Below are positions 18,766 to 28,813 of a stretch of DNA of 64,000 bases, piece after piece. The stretch comes from an uncultured bacterium (GTDB lineage Bacteria > Krumholzibacteriota > Krumholzibacteriia > LZORAL124-64-63). Both the position numbers and the translations under genes were made by a program. Every line of letters begins with the position of its first letter. Position 1 is the stretch's first letter. The notes beneath the pieces were generated by a model. The model ran no database searches and was not told the origin of the DNA. It saw nothing but the letters and a program-made list of their open reading frames with translations. The DNA lies in assembly GCA_963732385.1 (NCBI GenBank), contig CAVSZB010000007.1:704001-768000 (forward strand), given 5' to 3'.

Positions 18766-19742
18766 CGGGATCCCCCGCCGTCGAGACGCACGCGCGGATC
18801 GACCATTCCGTACGCGAGGTCGGCCAGCAGATTGCCCAGCACCACGAGCACGGCGGCCAGCGCGCTCGTGGCCATGATCACCGGATAGTCACGGGCGAAG
18901 ATCGCCTCCACCGTGACCCGCCCCATGCCGGGCCAGGCGAAGACCACCTCGGTCACAACCGCCCCCCCGAGCAGGAACGGCACGCTCAGGCCGGCCAGGG
19001 TGACCACCGGCAGCAGGCCGTTGCGCAGCACGTGGCGCCCCATCACCAGCCGCTCCGGCAAGCCGCGCGCGCGCGCCGCCAGCACATAGTCCTGCGCCAT
19101 CACCTCGGCCAGGCCGTTGCGCAGGTAGCGGGCGGTGCCCATCGCCGAGGCGACGCCCAGCAGCGTTACCGGCAGGATCAGGTGGCGCGCCAGGTCGAGC
19201 GCGCGCGCCGGCCACGGCCAGAATGCGGCGTCGCTCGAGAGCATGCCGCTGGCCGGCAACCAGCCGAGCAGACGGCAGAAGACGAGCACCAGCATCTGTC
19301 CGAGCCAGAAGCCCGGCATCGCGTACAGCGCCAGGCCGACCACGCTGGCCGCCCGTTCCCACGGCCGGCCGCGGTGCCGCGCCATCAGGACCCCCAGCGA
19401 GACGGCCACCGCCAGATGCACCAGATAGGAGGTCAGCGTGAGCAGCAGCGTCGGCGGCACCGCCTCGGCCAAAATCTCGCCGACCGGCCGGTGCTGGCGC
19501 AGGCTGCGGCCGAAGTCCCCCCGGGCGACCCCGCCGAGCCACTGCAGGTACTGCGCCGGGAGCGAACGGTCGAGCCCGAGCGCGTGGCGCATCTGCGCGC
19601 GCTCCGCCGCGCCGAGCTCGGGGTCGGCAAAGCGGTCGAGCGGATCACCGGGGGCCGCGCGCACCACGAAGAAGACCACCGTCAACAGCGCCAGCACGAG
19701 GGCAGTCGCGGTGGCCAGGCGGCGCAGCAGGTACGGCAGCAT
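18762..19742 (-). CDS. Peptide/nickel ABC transporter permease (OppB-like)
   Basis: YLLRRL...APGDP, GDFGRS, DYVLAARARGL, EVVFAWPGMG, RDYPVI, DPRVR. Confidence 0.94.
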   Translation of the reverse strand: MLPYLLRRLATATALVLALLTVVFFVVRAAPGDPLDRFADPELGAAERAQMRHALGLDRSLPAQYLQWLGGVARGDFGRSLRQHRPVGEILAEAVPPTLLLTLTSYLVHLAVAVSLGVLMARHRGRPWERAASVVGLALYAMPGFWLGQMLVLVFCRLLGWLPASGMLSSDAAFWPWPARALDLARHLILPVTLLGVASAMGTARYLRNGLAEVMAQDYVLAARARGLPERLVMGRHVLRNGLLPVVTLAGLSVPFLLGGAVVTEVVFAWPGMGRVTVEAIFARDYPVIMATSALAAVLVVLGNLLADLAYGMVDPRVRLDGGGSR

Positions 19743-19790
19743 CGGTCTCGCTTCCGTTGGGAACGACCCGCCCACGAACGGTGACCGCTG

Positions 19791-19820
19791 ATACTAGGGA
19801 GAGCACTGCCGGCCGGTCAA
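19791..19820 (-). promoter_or_regulatory. Candidate sigma-70 promoter for oppBCDF
   Basis: TTGACC-N18-TAGTAT on the minus strand. Confidence 0.5.
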
Positions 19821-20045
19821 GACAACCCCGCCCGGAGTTGCATGCATCGCGCAACGTACCGCCCCCTTTCCCGTCGGATATCGCCCGTCCCGGTCCCTTC
19901 CCCCGGCGGCTCGCCGGGGTTCATGATTCCTCATCGTATCCTGCCGCGCCTTCTGCTGCCGCGCGGCCGCCAGGTACGCCCCTTTCATCCCTTCCGGCCG
20001 GCGACGCATGCTCCGTCACCCACCAAACCGGATCCGGGAGAGCCC

Positions 20046-22094
20046 ATGCCGTCCATCGCCCCCTCGCCGCGCCGCCTCGTCACCGGCCTCGTGCTCGTCG
20101 CCGGGCTGGGCGGCGGCGCCGGATGTGAAATCGCGAAGCCGGAACTGCCGCGATTCACCACGACCCTCACCATGCCGCTCGGCAGCCAGCGCGTCACCGT
20201 CGCCGAGATCGCCGCCGAAGAGTCGTTCCTCGCCGTGGGCGCGGACTCGCTGCTCTCCCTCACCATCTCCGGCGGCAGCGACACGCTGAGCGTGGCGGCC
20301 GAGCTCTATGCCGACCTGCCGGCGACGACGATTGCCGCCACTCTGGGCGACTTCGCCCCCGCCGGCGACGCCCCGGTCGGCTTCGATTTCGCCCTGCGCA
20401 CGATCTTTCCCGCCGCGACGTCCCTCGACGGCGCGACCGTCGCGGTGCCGCCGTTCACGTTCGACCTGGACGGCGCCCCGGCCGACCTGCCCGACATCAT
20501 CGCCGCGCGGGTGTCTTCCGGACGCCTCGAGGTGACCGTGGTCAACGGCCTGCCGGTTCCGGTGTCCGGCGCCGCTGCGCCCGTGCGGGTGGCGGCGGCG
20601 CTGATCGATCCCGCCACCGGCGTTACGCTGACCACCGTCCTGTTCCCGGCGCCGATCGCGGCCGGCGCCACCGCGACCGCAACGGCTGATCTCGCCGGGA
20701 TCACCCTGCCCGACAGCGTCGGCGTGCGGCTGACCGGCGGCTCTTCCGGCGCGGCCACACCGGTCACGATCGACGCCGACGCGCGGCTGCGCCTGTCGGC
20801 CAGCCTGCGCGACCTGCGCGTGGCCGAGGCGACCGCGCTCGTCGGGGCCCAGGCGTTCACCGCCGTCGCCACCCTGGCGCTGCCGGACAGCGTGCGGGTG
20901 GTCGCCGCGGAAATCTCCGAGGGTATGCTGACGCTGACCGTGGAGAACGACCTGGCGATCCCCTGCGTGGCCAGCCTCACCTTCCCCGAGGTGAAGGGAC
21001 CGGACGGGCGGACGCTCACCACGAGCCTCTCCCTGCCGGCGCGTGGCAGTGGCGCCCGCGCGCTCGACCTGGCAGGGGCGAGCCTGGCCGCGCCCGACGC
21101 CGTGCCGCTGGCCGCCCTGCGCCTCGAGGCGCTGGTCACCTCGCCCGGCGGCGGCGACCTGCCGGTCACCCTGACGGCCGACGACGCCCTGCGCGCCTCC
21201 GTGGCGCCGGCGCGGCTGCGGTTCGGCGCGGTCACCGGGGTCATCCCCGAGCGACAATTCGCCATCGCTCCGATCACCGCGAGCCTCGATCTGCCCGCTG
21301 AATTGCGCGGCGTGTCGCTGACCAGCGCCGCCCTGACGCTCGTCGTGGAAAGTTCGATCGACCTGCCGGCGCGCATCTCCGCCACACTGACCGGCCGTTC
21401 AGTCGACGGCGCAGTGGCCACGGTCGAGGTGCTGCGCGACCTCCCCGCCATCTCGCAGCCGGACCCGCTAGGCGGCGAGATCGTGCTCGACGAGGGCAAC
21501 AGCACCATCGTCGACTTCCTCAACAACCTGCCGACCGAGATCACCCTGACCGGCGTGGTGACGGTCGGAGGCGACGGCATCATCGGCACCGTGCGCCCCG
21601 GCGACCGCGCCGTGATCGGCTGGCGGCTCGACGCCCCGCTGCGAGTGATCGTGCTCGGCTCGGTCGTGCGCGGCGACCCGCAGCCGCTCGGGCTCGACGC
21701 CGACGCCCGCGATCGTCTGGCGGGCCATCTGGGCGCGGTACGCGTCGTGACCGACATCGTCAACCACCTGCCGCTCGGCGTGGAGATCCGGATCCTGGTC
21801 GGCGAGGATCCCGCCACCCTGGCCGACGCGCCGCTGCTGGTGGTCGGCCCGCTCACGGCGTCGGCGGGACAACTCGATCCCTACCTGCTCACCGTCCGCG
21901 ACGCCACCCTGACCCGCGGCGAAGTTTCGCTCACCGCCGCGCAGGCGGAGCTCCTCACGCGCGCCGGCCTGCAGATCATCGTGGAAGTGACGGTGCCCGG
22001 ATCGAACGGCCAGGCGGTGGCGCTGCGGGCATCGGACTGGCTGACCGTGACCGGATGCGTGCAAATCGAGCTGGAGGTGTCGGACGATGAGTAG
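20046..22094 (+). CDS. Large beta-rich putative lipoprotein of unknown function
   Basis: ATG 20046 after GGGAGAG; hydrophobic stretch ending GAG-C; recurring 'G-x-L-x-L/V-T-V-x-N-x-L-P/A' strands suggest repeated beta-sandwich domains. Confidence 0.7.
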   Translation: MPSIAPSPRRLVTGLVLVAGLGGGAGCEIAKPELPRFTTTLTMPLGSQRVTVAEIAAEESFLAVGADSLLSLTISGGSDTLSVAAELYADLPATTIAATLGDFAPAGDAPVGFDFALRTIFPAATSLDGATVAVPPFTFDLDGAPADLPDIIAARVSSGRLEVTVVNGLPVPVSGAAAPVRVAAALIDPATGVTLTTVLFPAPIAAGATATATADLAGITLPDSVGVRLTGGSSGAATPVTIDADARLRLSASLRDLRVAEATALVGAQAFTAVATLALPDSVRVVAAEISEGMLTLTVENDLAIPCVASLTFPEVKGPDGRTLTTSLSLPARGSGARALDLAGASLAAPDAVPLAALRLEALVTSPGGGDLPVTLTADDALRASVAPARLRFGAVTGVIPERQFAIAPITASLDLPAELRGVSLTSAALTLVVESSIDLPARISATLTGRSVDGAVATVEVLRDLPAISQPDPLGGEIVLDEGNSTIVDFLNNLPTEITLTGVVTVGGDGIIGTVRPGDRAVIGWRLDAPLRVIVLGSVVRGDPQPLGLDADARDRLAGHLGAVRVVTDIVNHLPLGVEIRILVGEDPATLADAPLLVVGPLTASAGQLDPYLLTVRDATLTRGEVSLTAAQAELLTRAGLQIIVEVTVPGSNGQAVALRASDWLTVTGCVQIELEVSDDE

Positions 22095-23364
22095 GCGTCA
22101 CGAGCAGACCGGAGGCTCGCGGCCGGTCGCCACGCTCGCTCTGCTGGCGGTGATCTGGCTGACGCCCGCGACCGGCACCGTCGCGTTCGCGCAGGGCAGC
22201 GCCCGCGCCTGGGGCATGGGAGGCGCCGCCACCGCCACCGCCCGCGGTCTCGACGCCGTGGACTGGAACCCCGCCAACCTGGCGCTGGCGCGCCCCGGCT
22301 TCAGCCTCGGGCTGGCCTCGCTCGCCGCCGACCTGCACAACAACGCCTTCACGCTGGCGCGTTACAACGAGATCAGCGGCGCCACGCTCACCACAGCCGA
22401 CAAACAGCGGCTCCTGCAGGACATCCCGGCCGACGGTTTCGCCGTGCAGGCCGAGGTGCGCGCCGCCGCCGGAGGCCTCGGTCTGGGCAACGCGGCGCTC
22501 ACCTTCGCGGTCCTCGGCGGCGGCAGCGGTCGTGTCGCGAAAGACTTCTTCGACCTTGTCCTGATGGGCAACCCGATCGATCGCGCCTTCACCTTCGACG
22601 GCACCGGCGGCGAGGGCTACGCCATCGGCGCGGCCACCCTGTCGGCCGGCGTGCCGCTGTCGACCGGGTTTCGCACGCGCCTGTGCGCGGGGGCGAACCT
22701 GCGCTACCTGCGCGGCCTCTACGAGCTGCACTTCGAGGAGGCGACCGGCAGCCTGGTCACGACCATCGACGGCATCGCCGGCGACGCCCGCGCCAGCTAC
22801 GTCACCGCCAGCGACGGCGTCGGCTGGGCGGTGGACCTCGGTCTGACCCTGCAGGCGCCGCGCGGCTGGACGCTCGGCCTCGCCTGCGACAACGTCCGCA
22901 GCGTCATGGACTGGGACGGCGATCCGGAGCGCCGCACCTGGACCGCCCACGCCGACTCGCTCAACGCCTCGCAGGAGGATCTCGACGCGCTCGTCGACGA
23001 CAGTGACACCACCGTCGCCGTGGCCCCCTACCGCACCACCCTGCCGCGCCGGCTGCGACTCGGCGCGAGCAACCGGTGCGGACCGCTGCTGGTGGCGTTC
23101 GACGTGGCGCAGGGACTCGAGGACCGCGCCGGCACCACGACCCGCACCGAATTCCGGACCGGCGTCGAATGGCGACCCTGCGGCTGGCTGCTGCCGCGCG
23201 CCGGCGCCGCGCTCGGCGGCGAGGCGCGACGTGGCGCGTCGGCCGGGCTCGGACTGCGGGTGGGGCCGTGGCGGCTGGACGTGGCGGCCGTCAACCGGGG
23301 CCGCTTCTGGCCCAGCGATACGAAAGGGTTGGGAGTCGCAGCGCAGACCCGCCTGGAGTTCTGA
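22087..23364 (+). CDS. Outer-membrane beta-barrel (FadL/PorV/DUF5723-like)
   Basis: Signal peptide; SARAWGMGGAATATARGLDAVDWNPANL; LPRRLRLG; terminal Phe (TRLEF). Confidence 0.8.
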   Translation: MSRRHEQTGGSRPVATLALLAVIWLTPATGTVAFAQGSARAWGMGGAATATARGLDAVDWNPANLALARPGFSLGLASLAADLHNNAFTLARYNEISGATLTTADKQRLLQDIPADGFAVQAEVRAAAGGLGLGNAALTFAVLGGGSGRVAKDFFDLVLMGNPIDRAFTFDGTGGEGYAIGAATLSAGVPLSTGFRTRLCAGANLRYLRGLYELHFEEATGSLVTTIDGIAGDARASYVTASDGVGWAVDLGLTLQAPRGWTLGLACDNVRSVMDWDGDPERRTWTAHADSLNASQEDLDALVDDSDTTVAVAPYRTTLPRRLRLGASNRCGPLLVAFDVAQGLEDRAGTTTRTEFRTGVEWRPCGWLLPRAGAALGGEARRGASAGLGLRVGPWRLDVAAVNRGRFWPSDTKGLGVAAQTRLEF

Positions 23365-23433
23365 CCCGCGCCCGGTCGGCAGCGCGTCGCGCCGCCGCGC
23401 CGACGCGACGGCCCGCGCACGACCGGCCCGGTC

Positions 23434-24198
23434 TCAGTCGGCGTCCGGCAGCGTGGGCGACGACTCCCAGACCGGCGCCAACGCGAGGGCCGCGCAGAAG
23501 GCGGCGGCGAGCCGGCGCCCCAGCGCCGCCAGCTCCGGTTCCGGCAGCGGACGTCCGAGCAGCGCCCCGAGATCGGTCGTGGCCGCGCGCACCCCGGCCG
23601 CGGTTTGTCCGCCACGGCGCGCCGGCGCCAGCAGATCCACCAGTTCGGCATGCCGGGGGCCGGCCAGGATCGAACCGTGCTGCAGGAACGCCGTTTCGCC
23701 GCGGCGCTGCGCCGAGCCGGCCAGTTTGCGGCCGTCTACCGTCAACTCGTGCTCGCCGGCGGACTGGAAGCAGACCGGGCCGCGCGCCTGCGCGCGCGTC
23801 TCCCCCCCGGAGACGTCCGGACTCAGCCCGAGTTCGCGCAGGAAGCGCAGCAGCGCCGAGTTGATCACGGTGTAGGTCTCGTGCAGCGTGCTCCCGAACA
23901 GCGGGCAGGGGCAGTCGCCGACCACCGCGTAGGTCAGCTCCTCGGCGTGCAGGATCGCGCGCCCGCCGGTCGGCCGGCGCGTCAGACCGAAGCCGCGCGC
24001 CGCGATGGCCGCGGCGTCGAAATCCGCTGCGCTCTGGTGGAAGCCGAACGACACCGCCGGGGGGTCCCAGCGGTAGAGCCGCAGCACCGGCGGTTCCCCC
24101 GCCCGGTGCGCGGCGAGCAGCGCGGCGTCGCGCCGCATGTTGACGGCCCCCGCGAGGGGGCCGTCGTCGAAGATGCGCAGGCAGGTCGGGCGGACCAT
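23434..24198 (-). CDS. Lipoate-protein ligase A / LipM-type octanoyltransferase
   Basis: NMRRDAALL, LRLYRW, RRPTGGRAILH, KLAGSAQ, LQHGSI; TGATG overlap with gcvPB. Confidence 0.9.
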   Translation of the reverse strand: MVRPTCLRIFDDGPLAGAVNMRRDAALLAAHRAGEPPVLRLYRWDPPAVSFGFHQSAADFDAAAIAARGFGLTRRPTGGRAILHAEELTYAVVGDCPCPLFGSTLHETYTVINSALLRFLRELGLSPDVSGGETRAQARGPVCFQSAGEHELTVDGRKLAGSAQRRGETAFLQHGSILAGPRHAELVDLLAPARRGGQTAAGVRAATTDLGALLGRPLPEPELAALGRRLAAAFCAALALAPVWESSPTLPDAD

Positions 24199-25712
24199 CA
24201 CCCGCAGTCGCACGGACCGAGGTACGCCAGGTCGGGCTGACGCGCCGCGCGCGCCTCGTCGAGCCGGCTGACCGGCGTCGTGTGGGGCGCGGCGTGCAGC
24301 AGGTCGGGGTCGGTCTGCGCCTCGTGCAGGATCCGCCGGAGCGCCGCCACGAAGGCATCGAGGCTCTCCTTCGGCTCCGACTCCGTCGGCTCGATCATCA
24401 GCGCCTCGTCGACGATCTGCGGGAAGTAGACCGTCGGCGCGTGCACGCCGAAGTCGAGCAGCCGCTTCGCCACGTCGAGGGCGCGGATGCCGTACTTCTC
24501 CTTCCACTCCGTCGCCGAGGCGACGAACTCGTGCAACGTCCCCTCGCCGTGCGGCACCGGCAGCACGTCGCGCACGCAGGCGCGCACATAGTTGGCGTTG
24601 AGCACCGCCAACTCGGCGACCCGCGTCAGCCCGTCGCCGCCGTTGACCAGGATGTAGGTGAGCGCGCGCAGACAGATGCCGACATTGCCGAAATAGGAAT
24701 GCACCGACGGCGTGCAGACCGCGACCGGCGCCACCAGGCGCCAGACACCGTCGCGCCTGGCGACCAGCGGACCGGGCAGAAACGGCGCCAGTTCCGCCGT
24801 GACGCAGATCGGCCCGGCGCCGGGACCGCCACCGCCGTGCGGGGTGGAGAACGTCTTGTGCAGATTGATGTGCACCACGTCGAAACCCATGTCGGCGGGG
24901 CGCGCCTTGCCCAGGATGGCGTTGAAATTGGCGCCGTCCATGTAGAGACGCCCGCCGGCGGCGTGCACGACCCGCGCGATCTCGGCGATGTCCGTCTCGA
25001 ACAGCCCGAGCGTGTTCGGATTCGTGATCATGATGCCGGCGGTGCGCGGGCCGACGGCGCCGCGCAGCGCCTCGAGGTCCACGCAACCGTCCGCCCGGGA
25101 GGCGATCGTGACCGGCTTCAGGCCGACCATCGTCACCGAGGCCGGATTGGTGCCATGCGCGGAGTCGGGGATCAGGATCTCCACGCGGTCGCGGTCGCCC
25201 CGCTCGAGATGGAAGGCGCGGATCACCTGCATGCCGAGAAACTCACCGTGCGCGCCAGCGGCCGGATGGAGGCTGCAGGCGGCGAACCCGGTGAGACGGC
25301 ACAGGAAGTCCTCCAGCATGCCCAGCGCCTCGAGCAGACCCTGCGCGTCGGCGTCGTCCTGCTCCGGGTGCAGCGAGGCGAAGCCGGGCAGCGCGGCGAT
25401 CTCCTCGTTCAGACGCGGGTTGTACTTCATCGTGCAGCTGCCAAGCGGGTACATGCCGCGCTCGATGTTGTGGTTGAGCAGGGAAAGGCGGGTGAAGTGC
25501 CGCATCACTTCCGGCTCGGAGAGCGACGGCAGATCGCACGGCGCGGCGCGGCGCGCCGCGGTCGGCAGGGCGACGTCGACCGACGCTCCGTCCCACGGCG
25601 GCATCCGCAGCGCACGCCGGCCCGGGCGCCCCTTCGTGAAGAGCGAGTCCACGAGCCCCCCGCCCCAGGCCACTGTCGCCACGTCCCCGATCGTCCCGTG
25701 CCCCTGTTCCAT
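24198..25712 (-). CDS. gcvPB: Glycine dehydrogenase (decarboxylating) subunit 2
   Basis: YPLGSCTMKYNP, SAHGTNPAS, NLHKTFSTPHGGGGPG, EPTESE. Confidence 0.96.
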   Translation of the reverse strand: MEQGHGTIGDVATVAWGGGLVDSLFTKGRPGRRALRMPPWDGASVDVALPTAARRAAPCDLPSLSEPEVMRHFTRLSLLNHNIERGMYPLGSCTMKYNPRLNEEIAALPGFASLHPEQDDADAQGLLEALGMLEDFLCRLTGFAACSLHPAAGAHGEFLGMQVIRAFHLERGDRDRVEILIPDSAHGTNPASVTMVGLKPVTIASRADGCVDLEALRGAVGPRTAGIMITNPNTLGLFETDIAEIARVVHAAGGRLYMDGANFNAILGKARPADMGFDVVHINLHKTFSTPHGGGGPGAGPICVTAELAPFLPGPLVARRDGVWRLVAPVAVCTPSVHSYFGNVGICLRALTYILVNGGDGLTRVAELAVLNANYVRACVRDVLPVPHGEGTLHEFVASATEWKEKYGIRALDVAKRLLDFGVHAPTVYFPQIVDEALMIEPTESEPKESLDAFVAALRRILHEAQTDPDLLHAAPHTTPVSRLDEARAARQPDLAYLGPCDCG

Positions 25713-25732
25713 CCCCGCTCGTCCTTTCGGCC

Positions 25733-27079
25733 TCAGGCGGCCAGCCAAGCGCGCAGCGTTTGCGCGAAGAGCTCGATGTCCGCGGCGGTCCGCTTCTCCG
25801 TCACCGCCACCAGCAGGTCCCCCTCGCCGCAGCCGGCGAAGCCGGTCAGCGGGATGCCGGCCAGCAGCCCCCGCTCCCGCGCGAACGCGCGGAAGGCGCG
25901 CGCCGGTTTCGGCAGCCGCACGACGAATTCGTTGAACACCGGCCCCGGAAACGGCAGCTTCACGCCCGGCACCCCGCGCACGGCGTCCCGCAGCGCCGCG
26001 GCCCGCACGCGGTTCGCCTCGCCCAGTTCCCGCAGACCCGCGGCGCCCAGCAGCGCCAGGTAGACCGTCGCGCGCAGAGCCATCAGGCCCTGGTTCGAGC
26101 AGATGTTCGAAGTCGCCTTCTCGCGACGGATGTGCTGTTCGCGGGTCTGCAGGGTCAGCACGTAGGCCGGCCGCTGGTGATGATCCACCGTGCGTCCGAC
26201 CACGCGACCGGGCAGCAGCCGCTTCAACTCGTCCGCGCAGGCGAGGAAACCGAGCAGCGGTCCGCCGAAGGAGCAAGGCAGGCCGAACGGCTGCGCCTCG
26301 CCCACCGCGATGTGCGCCCCATACTCGCCGGGCGCCTTCAGCAGTGAAAGCGAGACCGGATTCACGCTCGCCACCACGCAGGCGCCGCCCGCGGCGGCGG
26401 CCAGCCCGGCAACCGGCTCGATCAGACCGAGGTGGTTGGGATTCTGGATGACGACCGCCCCGATATCGCCGGCCGCCGTCAAAGTGCGCAGCGCCTCGGG
26501 GTCGGTCAGGCCGTCGGCGCCACGCGGCGCCTCGACGATCGTGACGTCCTCGCCCGCGAGCGTCGTGGCCATTACGCGACGGTAACGCGGATTGAGGGTC
26601 GCCGGCACGACGACCCGCGGCCGCCGCCGCCAGGCCACGCCCATCCGCACCGCTTCAGTGAGCGCGGTGGCGCCGTCGTACATGCTGGCGTTGCTGACCG
26701 GCAGGCCGGTGAGCCGGCAGACGTAGGTCTGCCACTCGTAGATGACCTGCAGCGTGCCCTGCGACACCTCCGCCTGGTACGGCGTGTAGGCGGTCATGAA
26801 CTCGCTGCGCGAGGAGATGGCGCTGATGGCCGCGGGAATAATGCTGTCGTAGACGCCGCCACCAAGGAAGGAGACGAGATCCTCCTGACCGCGGTTCGCC
26901 GCGGCCAGCCGCTTCATGACGCGGCGGACCTCCTCCTCCGTGCGGCCCGGCGGCAGATCGAGTCCGCCCTCGAGACGCACGTTCGCCGGTATGGCCTTGA
27001 ACAGCTCGGCCACGGAGGAGACACCGATGCGTCCCAGCATGGCGGCGATATCCGCCGCGGTGTGCGGGGTATACGGCAT
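25733..27079 (-). CDS. gcvPA: Glycine dehydrogenase (decarboxylating) subunit 1
   Basis: TAYTPYQAEVSQGTLQ, NASMYDGATA, TREQHIRREKATSNICSNQ. Confidence 0.97.
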   Translation of the reverse strand: MPYTPHTAADIAAMLGRIGVSSVAELFKAIPANVRLEGGLDLPPGRTEEEVRRVMKRLAAANRGQEDLVSFLGGGVYDSIIPAAISAISSRSEFMTAYTPYQAEVSQGTLQVIYEWQTYVCRLTGLPVSNASMYDGATALTEAVRMGVAWRRRPRVVVPATLNPRYRRVMATTLAGEDVTIVEAPRGADGLTDPEALRTLTAAGDIGAVVIQNPNHLGLIEPVAGLAAAAGGACVVASVNPVSLSLLKAPGEYGAHIAVGEAQPFGLPCSFGGPLLGFLACADELKRLLPGRVVGRTVDHHQRPAYVLTLQTREQHIRREKATSNICSNQGLMALRATVYLALLGAAGLRELGEANRVRAAALRDAVRGVPGVKLPFPGPVFNEFVVRLPKPARAFRAFARERGLLAGIPLTGFAGCGEGDLLVAVTEKRTAADIELFAQTLRAWLAA

Positions 27080-27086
27080 GTCGGAC

Positions 27087-27464
27087 TCAGCCTCCCAGCA
27101 GCGTCTCGTACTCCGCCGCGGACAGCAGGTCGTCCAGTTCGCTCCGTCCGGCCAGACGCACCTTCATCAGCCAGCCGGCCTCGAGCGGATCGTTGTTGAC
27201 GAGTTCCGGCGTTTCGACCACGGCTTCGTTGACCTCCAGCACTTCGCCCGACACCGGCGAGTAGAGATCCTCCACCGCCTTGACGGTCTCGATGGTGCCG
27301 ATCGGCTCGCCGTGGCTGATCTCGCTGCCCGGCTCCGGCAGGTCGAGGAACACGACGTCCCCCAACTCGGCCGCGGCATATTCCGTCACGCCCACCGTCG
27401 CGACATCGCCCTCCACCATGACCCACTCGTGGCTCTTGGTGTACTTCCGGTCATCCGCAACCAT
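27087..27464 (-). CDS. gcvH: Glycine cleavage system H protein
   Basis: YTKSHEWV, LGDVVF, lipoyl-Lys motif IETVKAVED, PVSGEV. Confidence 0.97.
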   Translation of the reverse strand: MVADDRKYTKSHEWVMVEGDVATVGVTEYAAAELGDVVFLDLPEPGSEISHGEPIGTIETVKAVEDLYSPVSGEVLEVNEAVVETPELVNNDPLEAGWLMKVRLAGRSELDDLLSAAEYETLLGG

Positions 27465-27490
27465 GCGTCAGGCCTCCTGTCCGGGATCAG

Positions 27491-28642
27491 TCAAGAGCGG
27501 GCGGCCCGCGGGTCCCCTTTGACCCTGGCCGCCAGGAATGGATACGGGGTCGACGTGAGCGGGAAACGTTTCCCGCGCACGTCCACTTCGAGCGGACCGC
27601 CGACGGCGGCAGTGTCCACCAGAGCCAGCGCCAGCGCGCGCTGGAGGGTCGGGCTGAAGGTGCCGCTGGTGACGGCGCCCACCGGACGCCCTCCGCCCAG
27701 CACCGTCGCCCCCTGCCGCGCGATCGCCCGCCCGGCGATCGACACGCCGACCAGCCGCCGCGTCACGCCGGCATCCCGCTGCCGGATCAGCGCCTCGCGG
27801 CCGACGAACGCCGGCTTGTCCAGCTTCACGGCCCACCCGATGCCGGCCTCGAGCGGTGTGACATCCTCGCCCAGTTCGTGTCCGTAGAGGCAATAGGCCA
27901 TTTCGAAACGCAGCGTGTCGCGCGCGGCCAGTCCGATCGGTGCCACTCCGAGGTCGCGCCCGAAATGGAGCAGTTCCTCCCACAGCGCCAGCGCGTCGCC
28001 ATTGGGCACGTAGATCTCGTAGCCGCGCTCGCCGGTGTAGCCGGTGCGCGAGACGACCCACGTCGATCCGCCGAGCTTCAGTTCGACGGCGGTGTAGAAT
28101 TCGAGCGCCTCCACGGCGGCGCGGTGCGGCTGCAGCGCCGTGATCCGGGCGGTCAGATCCCAGGCCGCCGGGCCCTGCACGGCGATCAGAGCGGTGCGTT
28201 CGCTGGCGTCATCGAGCGTCACGCCGGCGACGCCACGCCCGCGCTCGGTCAGCCAGGCCGCGATCTTGTCATGGTTGGAGGCGTTGCAGACGACCAGCCA
28301 GCGCGCGGGGGCGAGGCGGTAGATCAGCATGTCGTCGAGCACGCCGCCGTCGTCCCGGCACATCGCGTTGTAGACGACCTTGCCGACCGGGATGCCGGCC
28401 ACGCGGTTGGTGACCAGGCCGTCGAGCCACGTCTCGGCTCCGGGACCGTCCACGTGGATCTCACCCATGTGCGTGATGTCGAACAGCCCCACCCGCTCCC
28501 GCACCGCGGCGTGCTCCGCCAGGACCCCTTCGTACTGGACCGGCATGGCGTAGCCGGCGAACGGCACCATTTTGCCACCGTGTGCAACATGCCAGTCGGT
28601 GAGAGGCGTACGCTTGAGATCGGCAGGAAGATCGGCAGCCAC
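27491..28642 (-). CDS. gcvT: Glycine cleavage system aminomethyltransferase T
   Basis: FAGYAMPVQY, LFDITHMG, SRTGYTGERGYE, GLAARDTLRFE. Confidence 0.97.
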   Translation of the reverse strand: MAADLPADLKRTPLTDWHVAHGGKMVPFAGYAMPVQYEGVLAEHAAVRERVGLFDITHMGEIHVDGPGAETWLDGLVTNRVAGIPVGKVVYNAMCRDDGGVLDDMLIYRLAPARWLVVCNASNHDKIAAWLTERGRGVAGVTLDDASERTALIAVQGPAAWDLTARITALQPHRAAVEALEFYTAVELKLGGSTWVVSRTGYTGERGYEIYVPNGDALALWEELLHFGRDLGVAPIGLAARDTLRFEMAYCLYGHELGEDVTPLEAGIGWAVKLDKPAFVGREALIRQRDAGVTRRLVGVSIAGRAIARQGATVLGGGRPVGAVTSGTFSPTLQRALALALVDTAAVGGPLEVDVRGKRFPLTSTPYPFLAARVKGDPRAARS

Positions 28643-28730
28643 GGCGGGGCTCCTTTCGCACGGGAAGCCGGGCGCAGTCCGTCACATCCGCGGCGGCGAG
28701 CGCCGGCCTGGCAACTGTCCGGCGCGCCCC

Positions 28731-28759
28731 AATCTAAGCGGGAGCCCCACAGGAGCCAA
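28731..28759 (-). promoter_or_regulatory. Candidate sigma-70 promoter for the gcv operon
   Basis: TTGGCT-N17-TAGATT on the minus strand. Confidence 0.55.
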
Positions 28760-28813
28760 GGCGATTCTCGCCGCGGAGCCGAGGCATCGCGGCCGCCGCC
28801 GGTCGGCGCCGCC

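Noticed and set aside
13460..18888. 907-aa and 1048-aa plus-strand ORFs
   Set aside because: Antisense to the TonB receptor and opp genes, which have clear family motifs.
28643..28813. Glycine riboswitch upstream of gcvT
   Set aside because: No GGAGA...CCGAAG...CUCUCAGG aptamer motifs, and the predicted leader is only about 80 nt.
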